DNA of 64,000 bases, taken from the NCBI GenBank assembly GCA_963847185.1, contig CAWJYV010000008.1, positions 768,001 to 832,000 on the forward strand, read 5' to 3'. How positions within the stretch are numbered: position 1 is the stretch's first letter; the number at the start of each line of letters is the position of its first letter. The notes under the pieces are model-generated. The model was given only the letters and a program-made list of their open reading frames with translations, ran no database searches and was not told where the DNA came from. Made by a program: the position numbers and the translations under genes. Shown here in pieces: positions 1 to 10,075 of the stretch. Origin of the DNA: an uncultured Methanosarcinaceae archaeon (GTDB lineage: Archaea; Halobacteriota; Methanosarcinia; Methanosarcinales; Methanosarcinaceae).

Positions 1-107
1 TTCATTACTAAACGAATCCGAATTTAAATTTGGAGAAATATTTCGCAAAATAATTGTTTTTTCGTTTTTTTAACCGGATATCCATACTTCCTTATATCCT
101 GAAAAAT

Positions 108-626
108 CTAAGATTTAAATGTAGAGCCCTCTACTTCTTCTGCGAGGTTCTTTACTCTGTGAATCACCTTTTCTGATACCTCTTTCTGACGCATGAGTTT
201 AATTCTTTCTTCTATGGTTACCCTTTTTGTTCCCTTTACAAGGTTATCTGCATGGGCGACAATTTTTTCTTCAAGGCTGCGTGGGAAATAATCATCCTCT
301 GGGAGCCCTAATTCCCTGGCTTCTTCTTTTGAGATTCCTGCCCCTATATGCCTTTTTATTATTTCGGAAATCTCAGGCTCTATACCTCTGGTTTTAGCCA
401 GTTTAAAACCTTCTACTGCGTGAAAGATTTCATGAGTTCGGCATCTCCCTAAGTCGTGTAGAAGAGCTCCGACTTCAACCATCTCAAGATTTACTTCATG
501 CCCTGATTCTTTTACTTTTTCTGCAATCTCAACTGCAAGAGAGGAAACCTTCTTGCAGTGCTCTATCACATTGGGTGTGCATCCTGCTTCCTCAAGCAGC
601 TTCATCGCTTCTGCTCGGGTGGTCAA
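108..626 (-). CDS. HD/HDIG-domain metal-dependent phosphohydrolase (TIGR00295-like)
   Basis: 172 aa ORF with H..LLHDLG, RHIG and HAD motifs; lies directly downstream of tfe. Confidence 0.88.
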   Translation of the reverse strand: MTTRAEAMKLLEEAGCTPNVIEHCKKVSSLAVEIAEKVKESGHEVNLEMVEVGALLHDLGRCRTHEIFHAVEGFKLAKTRGIEPEISEIIKRHIGAGISKEEARELGLPEDDYFPRSLEEKIVAHADNLVKGTKRVTIEERIKLMRQKEVSEKVIHRVKNLAEEVEGSTFKS

Positions 627-637
627 GATTGATCACT

Positions 638-1132
638 TTATGTTGAACTCAGGGCTTCAACCCGTTTTTTCAGAACTTCTACAAAGCGAGAATTGTCGTA
701 GTAGACCAGGTCTTCTCCACACATTGGGCAGAGAAACTCGGTTTCTGTAGCTTCGTCAAAAAGGAGGCGAACACAGCCCTGCGGGCACGTATAGAAAACA
801 TTATTTTCTTCAAATTCGAGGCGAGTCTTCAGATTTCGTGTCAGTTTTTTCTTCTCCCTCATAAGCTGATGTTCTATGCCCGAGAAGTCCAGGTGCCAGA
901 GGTATGTCAACCATCCGCTGTTTGAATCTCTTTCCCTGCGGCAGATTGCAAATTTATTTTCATAAAGTATGAAAAGAGTTCTTCTTACAGTATTAAGTAG
1001 AATCCCGCTCTTCTGCGCAATCTCTTCATCTGTAACCTCGCCTTCCGGCATTTCTTCTATCATTTTGAGCCCTTCTTCCCCAACAAGACTCATGAGGTAT
1101 CCTCTAATTACCTTGTCATCTAATTCGACCAA
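638..1132 (-). CDS. tfe: Archaeal transcription factor E (TFIIE-alpha homolog)
   Basis: Winged helix (TDEEIA..VRRTL..LYE, GWLTYLW) plus Zn ribbon (CPQGC..CPMCG). Start moved to TTG at 1132, which follows a GAGGTGA RBS. Confidence 0.95.
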   Translation of the reverse strand: MVELDDKVIRGYLMSLVGEEGLKMIEEMPEGEVTDEEIAQKSGILLNTVRRTLFILYENKFAICRRERDSNSGWLTYLWHLDFSGIEHQLMREKKKLTRNLKTRLEFEENNVFYTCPQGCVRLLFDEATETEFLCPMCGEDLVYYDNSRFVEVLKKRVEALSST

Positions 1133-1280
1133 TGTGTTCACCTCAAATCCCTATATGAATTACACATACCAGTATTAAAATTTATATTCTATTTTTTCCA
1201 GAAGTTTTTTGCCACTGGAAAAGTCGTACTTTCGATAACTGAATTTAATAATTTTATAGCATAAAGTTCAGGTATTCAAT

Positions 1281-2447
1281 CTACTTTTTCGCTTGATCTT
1301 CAATAAAAGTCTTTATCCTCTTTACTCCTTTCTCAAGGGACAGGACTGCCTCTTCCCTGGTAGGGGTACAAGAGAGAAGGGAAGTAAGAGGCTTTTCTAC
1401 TTCCACAATAGTCCCCTCTAAGGGTATATCTGCGCCCTTTTCTCTAAGAATGACGTCCATGAGCTTTCTGTCTATAAAAAGTTCTCGATCCGAGTAGATT
1501 ATTGCCCTTGCAGCAAAACATTTTGCTTCGGTTTTCTTTGGGAGTTCACCTCTAAAACAGCCAGCATGAGCCTCAAAAACGTTAATATTCATTGCTTTTT
1601 CTACTGTGTCCAGGCTTCCCTGGAACCTGGGGTTTATTTCAAGCACAACAGGGCCATTGTCTGTAACAAGGAAGTCTACGCCGTTTGAACCTAGAAGACC
1701 AAATTCCAGCATCATTTCTTCGGCAAGCGCCTCCATCTCTTCTGCCTGCTTAGTCTTAAAAGGAGTTATGTTCCCGCAGTAGGCAAAGGGAAGTCTGGAA
1801 AGCCAGGATACTCCTATTAATTGCTCATTAATAGCCAGTGAAAGAGCTTCATTCTTTGTGGAAAGCAAAGAGACACTTGAAGGGGTACCTTCCAAATAAT
1901 CTTGAATAACTACCTCATTTTCATTAAAGTCAGGATCCAGTCTGGAGAATTCCTCCAGGATAAGTAATAACTCCTGTTTATTCCTGGCAACCCTATTGAG
2001 AAATCCTCCTCCACCTAAAACAGGTTTAACCATCACCGGATATTCTAATGCATCCAATTCTTCCGGAGAATAGCATTGAGGGTGAGGAATTCCAAGGGTT
2101 TCAAGCCTTTTTGAAAGGTAAAGCTTGTTTGAGGCTTTCTGCATAGCATCAAGGGAGCTTGCAAGCACAGGACAGGAAAAGCTATCGTGATCAATATTTT
2201 CCAGGCCAGAACCCAGCACAATGGCATCAAATTCCAGTCCAAAAGCATCCATTTTAGCCTTTATCCAGGAAGGATCAAGTTGATGTAGTTCCTCTAAACT
2301 ATTGTACTCCAGAAGAGTAGATGCGTGTGCACATTCCTGCAGGTCAAGATCTTGGAAGGAATCTATGGAGCAGACTGTATAGCCAGCTCTTCTTGCAGAA
2401 CAGACGATATTCCGGGTGCTAAATCCGATTACAAGGATATTCTGCAT
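1281..2447 (-). CDS. ATP-grasp domain protein (predicted carboligase)
   Basis: 388 aa; YPVMVKP..GGGG, IQDYLEG, GVDF and LEINPRFQG ATP-grasp motifs. Confidence 0.88.
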   Translation of the reverse strand: MQNILVIGFSTRNIVCSARRAGYTVCSIDSFQDLDLQECAHASTLLEYNSLEELHQLDPSWIKAKMDAFGLEFDAIVLGSGLENIDHDSFSCPVLASSLDAMQKASNKLYLSKRLETLGIPHPQCYSPEELDALEYPVMVKPVLGGGGFLNRVARNKQELLLILEEFSRLDPDFNENEVVIQDYLEGTPSSVSLLSTKNEALSLAINEQLIGVSWLSRLPFAYCGNITPFKTKQAEEMEALAEEMMLEFGLLGSNGVDFLVTDNGPVVLEINPRFQGSLDTVEKAMNINVFEAHAGCFRGELPKKTEAKCFAARAIIYSDRELFIDRKLMDVILREKGADIPLEGTIVEVEKPLTSLLSCTPTREEAVLSLEKGVKRIKTFIEDQAKK

Positions 2448-2465
2448 ACTTCCTCGGTGTTTTCC

Positions 2466-3530
2466 TCATTTTACTTTTGGGATCTCAGAGTGTGCCAGCG
2501 CAAAGATTCCGTAAGGAGTTTTCAGGACAGGAATTTCACTTCCTGCTTCAGCACTGAATGACACCGGCTTCTTTATAGCGACAGTCTGATAAGTTTCAGG
2601 GTCAAGCACAAGAATTGCATTTTCTTCAATTGAAACCAGAACTGTAAGGACTGCATCCCCTATATTGGCTATCTTTTCTGCACCTTTCAATTCCTCTGGA
2701 GTTGAGATATATCTGGACCCATCCTCAAGGGAAATGCTATTGACTTTTTTTCCTGAACTTTTGATCTGGATAGTCCTTCCCCTGAACCTTATCACATCTC
2801 CGGGCCTGAATTCGGGGAGACGCATAGCAAAAGTAATCCTATAAAGGTTTTTTCCATCCTTCATTCCTACAAGGGTAGGTGATTCGGAAAAACTTCCTCC
2901 AAGTTCGGAACTTATCAACCTGCAGACCTGTCTGCTGGCATTCATCGAACCCATATAAAGGTCGATTCCTTCCTTTTGTTCCAGGATATCACTGATAAAC
3001 GCGAGGCGATCACCTTTTTTTCTCATACTCTCCAGGGCTTCCCTGGCGATATCCATACATCGTTTTTTCTCTTCTTCAGTTGGAAACCTGCCTGCTGCCC
3101 GGACTTGAATTATTGCTTCAAAGTATCCACCTGACTCTCTACTGCACATATCACACGCTGTACGCTGGATTCTTACTTCGGTTTCAGCCTCTGCATGAAC
3201 ATGTTCATCTCTAACTATTGCATCGACCTCAGCCCTTACTATATATATATGGGGTGTAATTTCCCTGGGCTCGAGATAGATCTCCACATCTTTTGCCTCA
3301 CTGTGAATAAAAAGGGCATTTTCCACAGCTTTTAGCACTACATCTTCAACGTTACCTATATCTTCCCATCTGCTTCTATGGAAGTATGCTCCGCACTTTG
3401 AACATATCCTTATATGAAGGACAAGAGGCAGTTCTATGAGTTTAAAGGTTTCAAAAAAGCAGTTCCTGCAAACGGAATCAAAAAGTTTATTGCATTCGCT
3501 GCCGCATTTAGGGCACGTAATGGAATTCAT
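2466..3530 (-). CDS. nmd3: NMD3-family ribosome biogenesis protein
   Basis: Four CxxC pairs (CPKC, CRNC, CSKC, CDMC) and GYFEAIIQVR motif. Confidence 0.9.
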   Translation of the reverse strand: MNSITCPKCGSECNKLFDSVCRNCFFETFKLIELPLVLHIRICSKCGAYFHRSRWEDIGNVEDVVLKAVENALFIHSEAKDVEIYLEPREITPHIYIVRAEVDAIVRDEHVHAEAETEVRIQRTACDMCSRESGGYFEAIIQVRAAGRFPTEEEKKRCMDIAREALESMRKKGDRLAFISDILEQKEGIDLYMGSMNASRQVCRLISSELGGSFSESPTLVGMKDGKNLYRITFAMRLPEFRPGDVIRFRGRTIQIKSSGKKVNSISLEDGSRYISTPEELKGAEKIANIGDAVLTVLVSIEENAILVLDPETYQTVAIKKPVSFSAEAGSEIPVLKTPYGIFALAHSEIPKVK

Positions 3531-3825
3531 CTGTAATCCTTACTTATAGTCTTCTCCGAATAGTAAATTCTTGGTATTCAGGAAATAAGTTTCCTGCAGT
3601 ATAAAACCTGAGCAGTTCCGTTGTTAAGAACGTTCATGCTATTTAAGATAGCTGGATTTGCTGATCTTATTTTGAAATCCAGGCCCCCTATTTTTCTGGA
3701 CTGTAAAACCCGCAAAAAAATGATATAATTCATATTTATTGCAAAAAAATATAGTTCAGGTTTCCATTAACTATGGATTTTTATTCTATAAATATTTTTC
3801 ATCCGAGTGGCTTCCTGAATTGTCG

Positions 3826-4076
3826 CCCGAGTTTCGCTTCGGGAGCACGAGGTCCTTTTCGCTTCGCTCAAGAGGACTATACTTATGGCTTAGAATCTCG
3901 AATTGCGCCTCGGGAGTACGCTGTCCTTTTCGCTTTGCTCAAGAGGACTATACTTATGGCTTAGAATCTCGAATTGCGCCTCGGGAGTACGCTGTCCTTT
4001 TCGCTTTGCTCAAGAGGTCTATACTTATGGCTTAAAATCCCGATTGTAGTTTCTAATCCAAATTGCTCGTCGGGAT
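3826..4076. repeat. Tandem array of about 3 copies of a 71-bp hairpin-containing (REP-like) unit
   Basis: CGGGAG recurs at 3840, 3911 and 3982. Each unit has a GTCCTTTT-CGCTT(C/T)GCTC-AAGAGG(A/T)C stem-loop. The array is closed by an ATCCCGA..TCGGGAT inverted repeat (4037-4076). Confidence 0.92.
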
Positions 4077-4261
4077 CTATAGCTTTCTTTTTTCTCTACA
4101 GATTTTTTACAACGTATTATTAGGTTAGTTCATAAAGTCGTTTTTACTTAGAAAAAATATTGGAAATATAAGAAAACTAAGCTTATTGAAAACTAGACTT
4201 TTAAAAAGCTAATTGATTGCCTTATATAAGTTGGAATGAAGATAGACTGAATCTTAATTCT

Positions 4262-4296
4262 AAAAAGAAAAGAGTTCCGTGTCAGAGAGACACGGA
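4262..4296 (-). terminator. Hairpin plus U-tract terminator of the cdh operon
   Basis: Perfect 8-bp stem TCCGTGTC/GACACGGA (4276-4296) followed on the minus strand by CTCTTTTCTTTTT, just after the cdhE stop. Confidence 0.75.
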
Positions 4297-4325
4297 TTTG
4301 TGTTTTAAAATGCATTTCTGATTAT

Positions 4326-5735
4326 TTATTTTGGAGGCCAGTTCTTCTCCATCCAGCCTGGGAGCCTTCCGGAGTCCATTGGACCAACCATAACTCTTAC
4401 GCCAAGTTTGTCCTCAAGATCACCCTGTAGACGGGCAGCAAGACCCGGAATAACTACACTGTTGTGGGTAACATCTTTATGGATGTCAAAGCCTGACTTA
4501 TCAAAGGAGTCCTTTACTTTGTCCGCGCTCAGCTGGCCACCGGCAGCGGCTGCTTCTACACCAATACCATCGGTGTTAACTGCAAGCAGCCAGCAGTTGA
4601 TGCCATTTGAGGCAAGGTCGCTCTCTACTGTGTAGTAGGTAAGAGCAAAGTTTGTTGTGAAGAGAACTGGGGAGTTCTCGTCCGGGGTTCCTACCTTATA
4701 CATCTTCGAGTCCACAGCGACAGGAGACCTCGGGTCGGTGTAGATTGTCTCGGCCAGGTGCACTTCAGGCATGGTGGCATATGGCTCCATGCTGTGGAGA
4801 AGCATAATGTCTCCGTACCTGATAGTAAAGACCGAGGCAAGAACGGTTTCCCAGTAGGAGGCACTGACAGGGTCCGAAATTCCAGCCATCCAGGCAGTAA
4901 GCGGCATAGCCATGATCGGATATGCGATCTCGGTGTCGCCCATAATGCCTGCTCTCCTGATCTTCAGGAAGTTAGTGAAGGTATCCTTCAGGCCCTTGCC
5001 GCTTGGGTAGGTTCCTGGGTCGAGAACAATGTCCTTAATACCTGCATCTGCAAAGGTTTTTGCGAGGCTCTTAAGGGCATCAAGGTCGTTGAAAGCTGAG
5101 ACTACTACAGGCACTTTATATTCAAGAGCCAGTTCTCCTACTTCTTTCCAGTTGTCTTTGTTTGCAGCATAAAGCAGAGGGTTCTTGTCCTTTGCAGCCT
5201 CAAGTCCTGCCTTCAGGACTGCAGGATTAAAGGAACAGAGAATTACGGGCAGTTCTGTGTTTTCTACAACTTTCTTGACAGCTGCTGCAAACTTTGCAGG
5301 ATCATTGGATACAGCTCTTATTGCCACACCGTCGAGGAGCAGGTTGCGTCCGACGTAGAACTTCTTGTAGTTAGTAATCTTCTTAACTCTTTCAACAAGG
5401 GCAGCTTCTTCCATTGTATCAGTAACATCGAAGAACATCTTTGTCTTGTTGAAAAATGTGAGCTTGTGGCGATACAGGACGTCGTCTCCACCGATTTTGG
5501 CAACTCTATCTCCTACTCCGATAGCAACTTCACGGATTTCAGGAGCAAGGAGCCTATCGAGCTCTGCAAGCTTCTTTGCAAATTTCTTCTCTTTAATCAG
5601 GGGAGGACAGTCGGTTGGCTTGCCTGATCTGTCGATCAGCTTGGAGGCAAAGGCCATACAGGTAGGCTCACCACATTCTCCACAGTTGGTCTGAGGAAGG
5701 TACTTGTAAGCTTCTAATGGGCTGTTTATTTTCAT
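4326..5735 (-). CDS. cdhE: ACDS complex gamma subunit (corrinoid Fe-S protein large subunit)
   Basis: N-terminal LPQTNCGECGEPTCMAFA Fe-S motif, TTNFALTY; position in the operon. Confidence 0.97.
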   Translation of the reverse strand: MKINSPLEAYKYLPQTNCGECGEPTCMAFASKLIDRSGKPTDCPPLIKEKKFAKKLAELDRLLAPEIREVAIGVGDRVAKIGGDDVLYRHKLTFFNKTKMFFDVTDTMEEAALVERVKKITNYKKFYVGRNLLLDGVAIRAVSNDPAKFAAAVKKVVENTELPVILCSFNPAVLKAGLEAAKDKNPLLYAANKDNWKEVGELALEYKVPVVVSAFNDLDALKSLAKTFADAGIKDIVLDPGTYPSGKGLKDTFTNFLKIRRAGIMGDTEIAYPIMAMPLTAWMAGISDPVSASYWETVLASVFTIRYGDIMLLHSMEPYATMPEVHLAETIYTDPRSPVAVDSKMYKVGTPDENSPVLFTTNFALTYYTVESDLASNGINCWLLAVNTDGIGVEAAAAGGQLSADKVKDSFDKSGFDIHKDVTHNSVVIPGLAARLQGDLEDKLGVRVMVGPMDSGRLPGWMEKNWPPK

Positions 5736-5738
5736 GTT

Positions 5739-7064
5739 TTACACCCCCGATCCGATCCAGTTAGCAAGGTCAATAGGTTCTGCTTCAATTGTACCGAAAA
5801 GGGTCTGGGTTATGTGCTTCAGGACAGCAACCGAAGTTGGGTGCATCATCATGAAGAGATCGTTCCCTGCAATGGCAAGAGAGAGACCTGTAACGATTTC
5901 CCAGATCGGACCTCTGTATTCTCTGGGACCCCAGTCCGAGTCTTCCTTAAGTGGAGAGCTAACCATCCAGGATTCACGGGCACCCCATGCATTGGTAGTA
6001 CCTGAGGACATCGGGAAGGTCAGTTCCTCGTCACCCATAAGGGCTGCAAGTCTGATACGTTCCATGTTGGTGTAAGCATAGTCAAGACCATATCCGAGGG
6101 CTGCAGTTGTTGGGTCCATAATGATCCTGTCTCTGGGTACATTGCACTGCTTCATGAGCTTCCTGTTTAATTCCTTCTGGGCGTTCATGTCCAGCTGGGT
6201 CCAGGATAGTACATCATGGTCGTATTTTAGTGCTGCTTCTGCAATTGCAGCATAGTCCAGGTTCAGACTGGCAGATGCAAGGAGGCAGCGTTCACCCTCT
6301 GCAACTTCTGCTGCTCTGGCAAGAACCTCCGGGTCCTTCTGTGGGTTTCCGGAACCGCCTATTGCGATTGGCACATCAACAGCCTGCAGTACCTCTTCGA
6401 CGGTCTTGGCTGCGTCTTTGGGGGAGGTGTCCTTGACTAGCGGGTCGGTTGAAATCAGGTGAATTGTGATCATGTCGGCGTTGAACTTCTCAACGTTCTT
6501 CTTTGCCCATTCTCCAGGGCTGTCCATGACTTCATCATAGTTCTCCTTGACAGCTTTTGCAAGCCCGATCCTCATGTCAAACACGTCAATGGTAACCTGG
6601 TTTCTGTTCGGCATAGGAGCGTCAGGGAAGAATGGAAGGGCTTTTTCGCCACCTACCAGTACCCTCTTGCCACGGCTTCCACCATCTGCAGAGGTGTTGC
6701 CTATTGGGACTTCCTGAATCTGAGTTGTCCATTCTGCAATGTTTGCAACATCGAATTTGGCAGGAATAAGATCCTTAAGTTTCGGGGCTGCCAGAGCAGG
6801 GGATATTCCGGGAGCAGCTGAGGGGGCAGCTGCGGGGGCACCAATGCCTACAGGGACGCCGAACATGCTAGCAAGTCTTCCGAAGTGCTGTGCAAGTACT
6901 GCACTCTCCTGTCCAAGGAGAGCAGCAAGCATCGGGTCAAAGCCGCCTCCGAGTCCACTGAGGTCAATCTCAATGTCCCCTTCTATGGTTACACCTTCAA
7001 GGGCTAATACTTCCACTTCCTTGAACATGTCTGTCATTTCTGATAACTTAATTTTCTTTGCCAT
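5739..7064 (-). CDS. cdhD: ACDS complex delta subunit (corrinoid Fe-S protein small subunit)
   Basis: [27 protein letters not shown] and AWGARESW motifs; GGTGAGG RBS. Confidence 0.97.
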   Translation of the reverse strand: MAKKIKLSEMTDMFKEVEVLALEGVTIEGDIEIDLSGLGGGFDPMLAALLGQESAVLAQHFGRLASMFGVPVGIGAPAAAPSAAPGISPALAAPKLKDLIPAKFDVANIAEWTTQIQEVPIGNTSADGGSRGKRVLVGGEKALPFFPDAPMPNRNQVTIDVFDMRIGLAKAVKENYDEVMDSPGEWAKKNVEKFNADMITIHLISTDPLVKDTSPKDAAKTVEEVLQAVDVPIAIGGSGNPQKDPEVLARAAEVAEGERCLLASASLNLDYAAIAEAALKYDHDVLSWTQLDMNAQKELNRKLMKQCNVPRDRIIMDPTTAALGYGLDYAYTNMERIRLAALMGDEELTFPMSSGTTNAWGARESWMVSSPLKEDSDWGPREYRGPIWEIVTGLSLAIAGNDLFMMMHPTSVAVLKHITQTLFGTIEAEPIDLANWIGSGV

Positions 7065-7302
7065 GTAAACCTCACCTTTTCCGTAAGTTTTTCGTTTTGA
7101 TGAGTGACTGAATAAATAAAGAATAATACAGGTTTTACTTTCAGATTCTTCCCTTATATGGAAAGAAGGATTGGAGCAGAAGTAAATCCTGTTCTGTTAC
7201 TTTACATGATTTTGAATACCATTTCAAGCCTTGAAACGGGCAAGAACTTTGTTTTCCTTTCCGGCACGACTTCCACAATATAGTGTTGGTAAGAAGCCAG
7301 AG

Positions 7303-8076
7303 TTAAAATTCCAGCTTTTGTACTATTTTTTCGACTTCTATTGCAGCAACCGAGTCATCAGGAATTTCGAAGAGGGGTATACCTTTTATATCCATTTCCT
7401 CGATTTTCGGGTCGAGGGGGACCATCCCAATCAGGTTAAGTTTCAGGTCCTCAGCCAGTTTGACAAGTTTGTCCCTGTTAGAGTCTGTAACCTTATTTGC
7501 AATAACATGAATTCTGCTAACATTTGAGTCCAGTTCATCCACAAGTTCTCGAATCCTTTCAGCAGTCCTGAATCCCCTTCGAGAGGCATCAGTTACGACA
7601 ATAAGGTCATCGATATCCCGGATGATCTTCCGGCTGAAATGCTCAAGCCCAGCTTCAGCATCAATAACAACTACATCGTAATTCACGATCAGTTTATCCA
7701 TGATGCCCCGAAGGAGGTTGTTTACATAACAGTAACAGCCTGAACCTTCGGGTCGGCCCATGACCAGGAGGTCATAGCCAGGCATTTCTTCAATGATCTC
7801 ATAGACCTTGCTCTTAAGTATGGACTCCTTGTTCATATCGGGGTTATCAGGCCTTGGTTTTGTAATTTCAGCCTGCAGGAACTCCTTTGCATCTCCGATT
7901 GTTTTTACGTCCTCACAGCCAAGGGTTTCTGGCAGGTTAGTATCTGCATCTGCATCAACTGCCAGTGTAAATATCCCTTTTTTGGAAAGGGAGCGGATCA
8001 AAAGAGCCGCTACCGCCGTTTTACCAGTTCCACCTTTTCCCGTTATTGCAATTACTTTTGTCACAGAATACCCCAT
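7303..8076 (-). CDS. cooC: CooC/AcsF nickel-insertion ATPase for CODH/ACS
   Basis: GKGGTGKT P-loop, GCYC motif, DAEAGLEH; lies between cdhC and cdhD. Start may be GTG at 8064. Confidence 0.93.
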   Translation of the reverse strand: MGYSVTKVIAITGKGGTGKTAVAALLIRSLSKKGIFTLAVDADADTNLPETLGCEDVKTIGDAKEFLQAEITKPRPDNPDMNKESILKSKVYEIIEEMPGYDLLVMGRPEGSGCYCYVNNLLRGIMDKLIVNYDVVVIDAEAGLEHFSRKIIRDIDDLIVVTDASRRGFRTAERIRELVDELDSNVSRIHVIANKVTDSNRDKLVKLAEDLKLNLIGMVPLDPKIEEMDIKGIPLFEIPDDSVAAIEVEKIVQKLEF

Positions 8077-8124
8077 TGGATTGTTTTTCGTCTTAGGCGA
8101 TTACCTGTCGTCACTCAATTATTT

Positions 8125-9537
<1,413 letters not shown>

Positions 9538-9561
9538 TATTTTTCGCCTCCTAAATCCAAA

Positions 9562-10073
9562 TTATAAAAGGTCAATTATCTCGTCCAGTGCAGCAATGTG
9601 GTCTGCCCTGCTAAGGTTTCCGAAGGACATTGTTGCATTCTGGATGTAGTTTTTGTCTATTGAGATTGATTTTATTTCACTGAAGTTCTTAGTTGCAGAC
9701 AGTACCTGGTTGATGTAATACTTCTTGTGGCCCAGGAGAACAATTGTGTCATAGTTTCCATTGCCATCAAGTCCTGGCCAGTTAGGGTCTGTCAGGTAGA
9801 AGCCAAGCTGGTGCAGGTTGATGTATTTAGCATTAGCATCTTTGCCACAAATCCAGGCATTGAACTTCCTGTTGCTGCAATCGGGATGTTCTTTGACTTT
9901 GCGATCTTCACTGCACGGTCCAGAACTTCAGGGTCAAGAACTCCTGTTCCTACCACTAAAAGCGGTCTCTTTGCCTTTGAGATCAGCTTGGAGGCAACTT
10001 CTGTGGTAATAGCTTTTGAGGTCTTTACACCATAGCTGGTAAACAGCTTTGTGTTCTTGGTAGTGTCAACCAT
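9562..10073 (-). CDS. cdhB: ACDS complex epsilon subunit; 1-nt deletion frameshift near 9846, probably a sequence error
   Basis: [21 protein letters not shown] continues in another frame as [36 protein letters not shown]. The span is 512 bp, one base short of 171 codons. Confidence 0.92.
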
Positions 10074-10075
10074 CT

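Noticed and set aside
108-1283. Pyrrolysine readthrough at the TAG stops of the HD-domain and ATP-grasp genes
   Set aside because: Both proteins appear complete at the TAG and no coding-like extension follows
3739-4035. ORFs of 98 and 63 aa across the repeat array
   Set aside because: They are translations of the DNA repeat; the period is not a multiple of 3 and there is no RBS
3826-4041. Possible CRISPR array
   Set aside because: Whole 71-bp units repeat with no unique spacers, and there are no cas genes in the window
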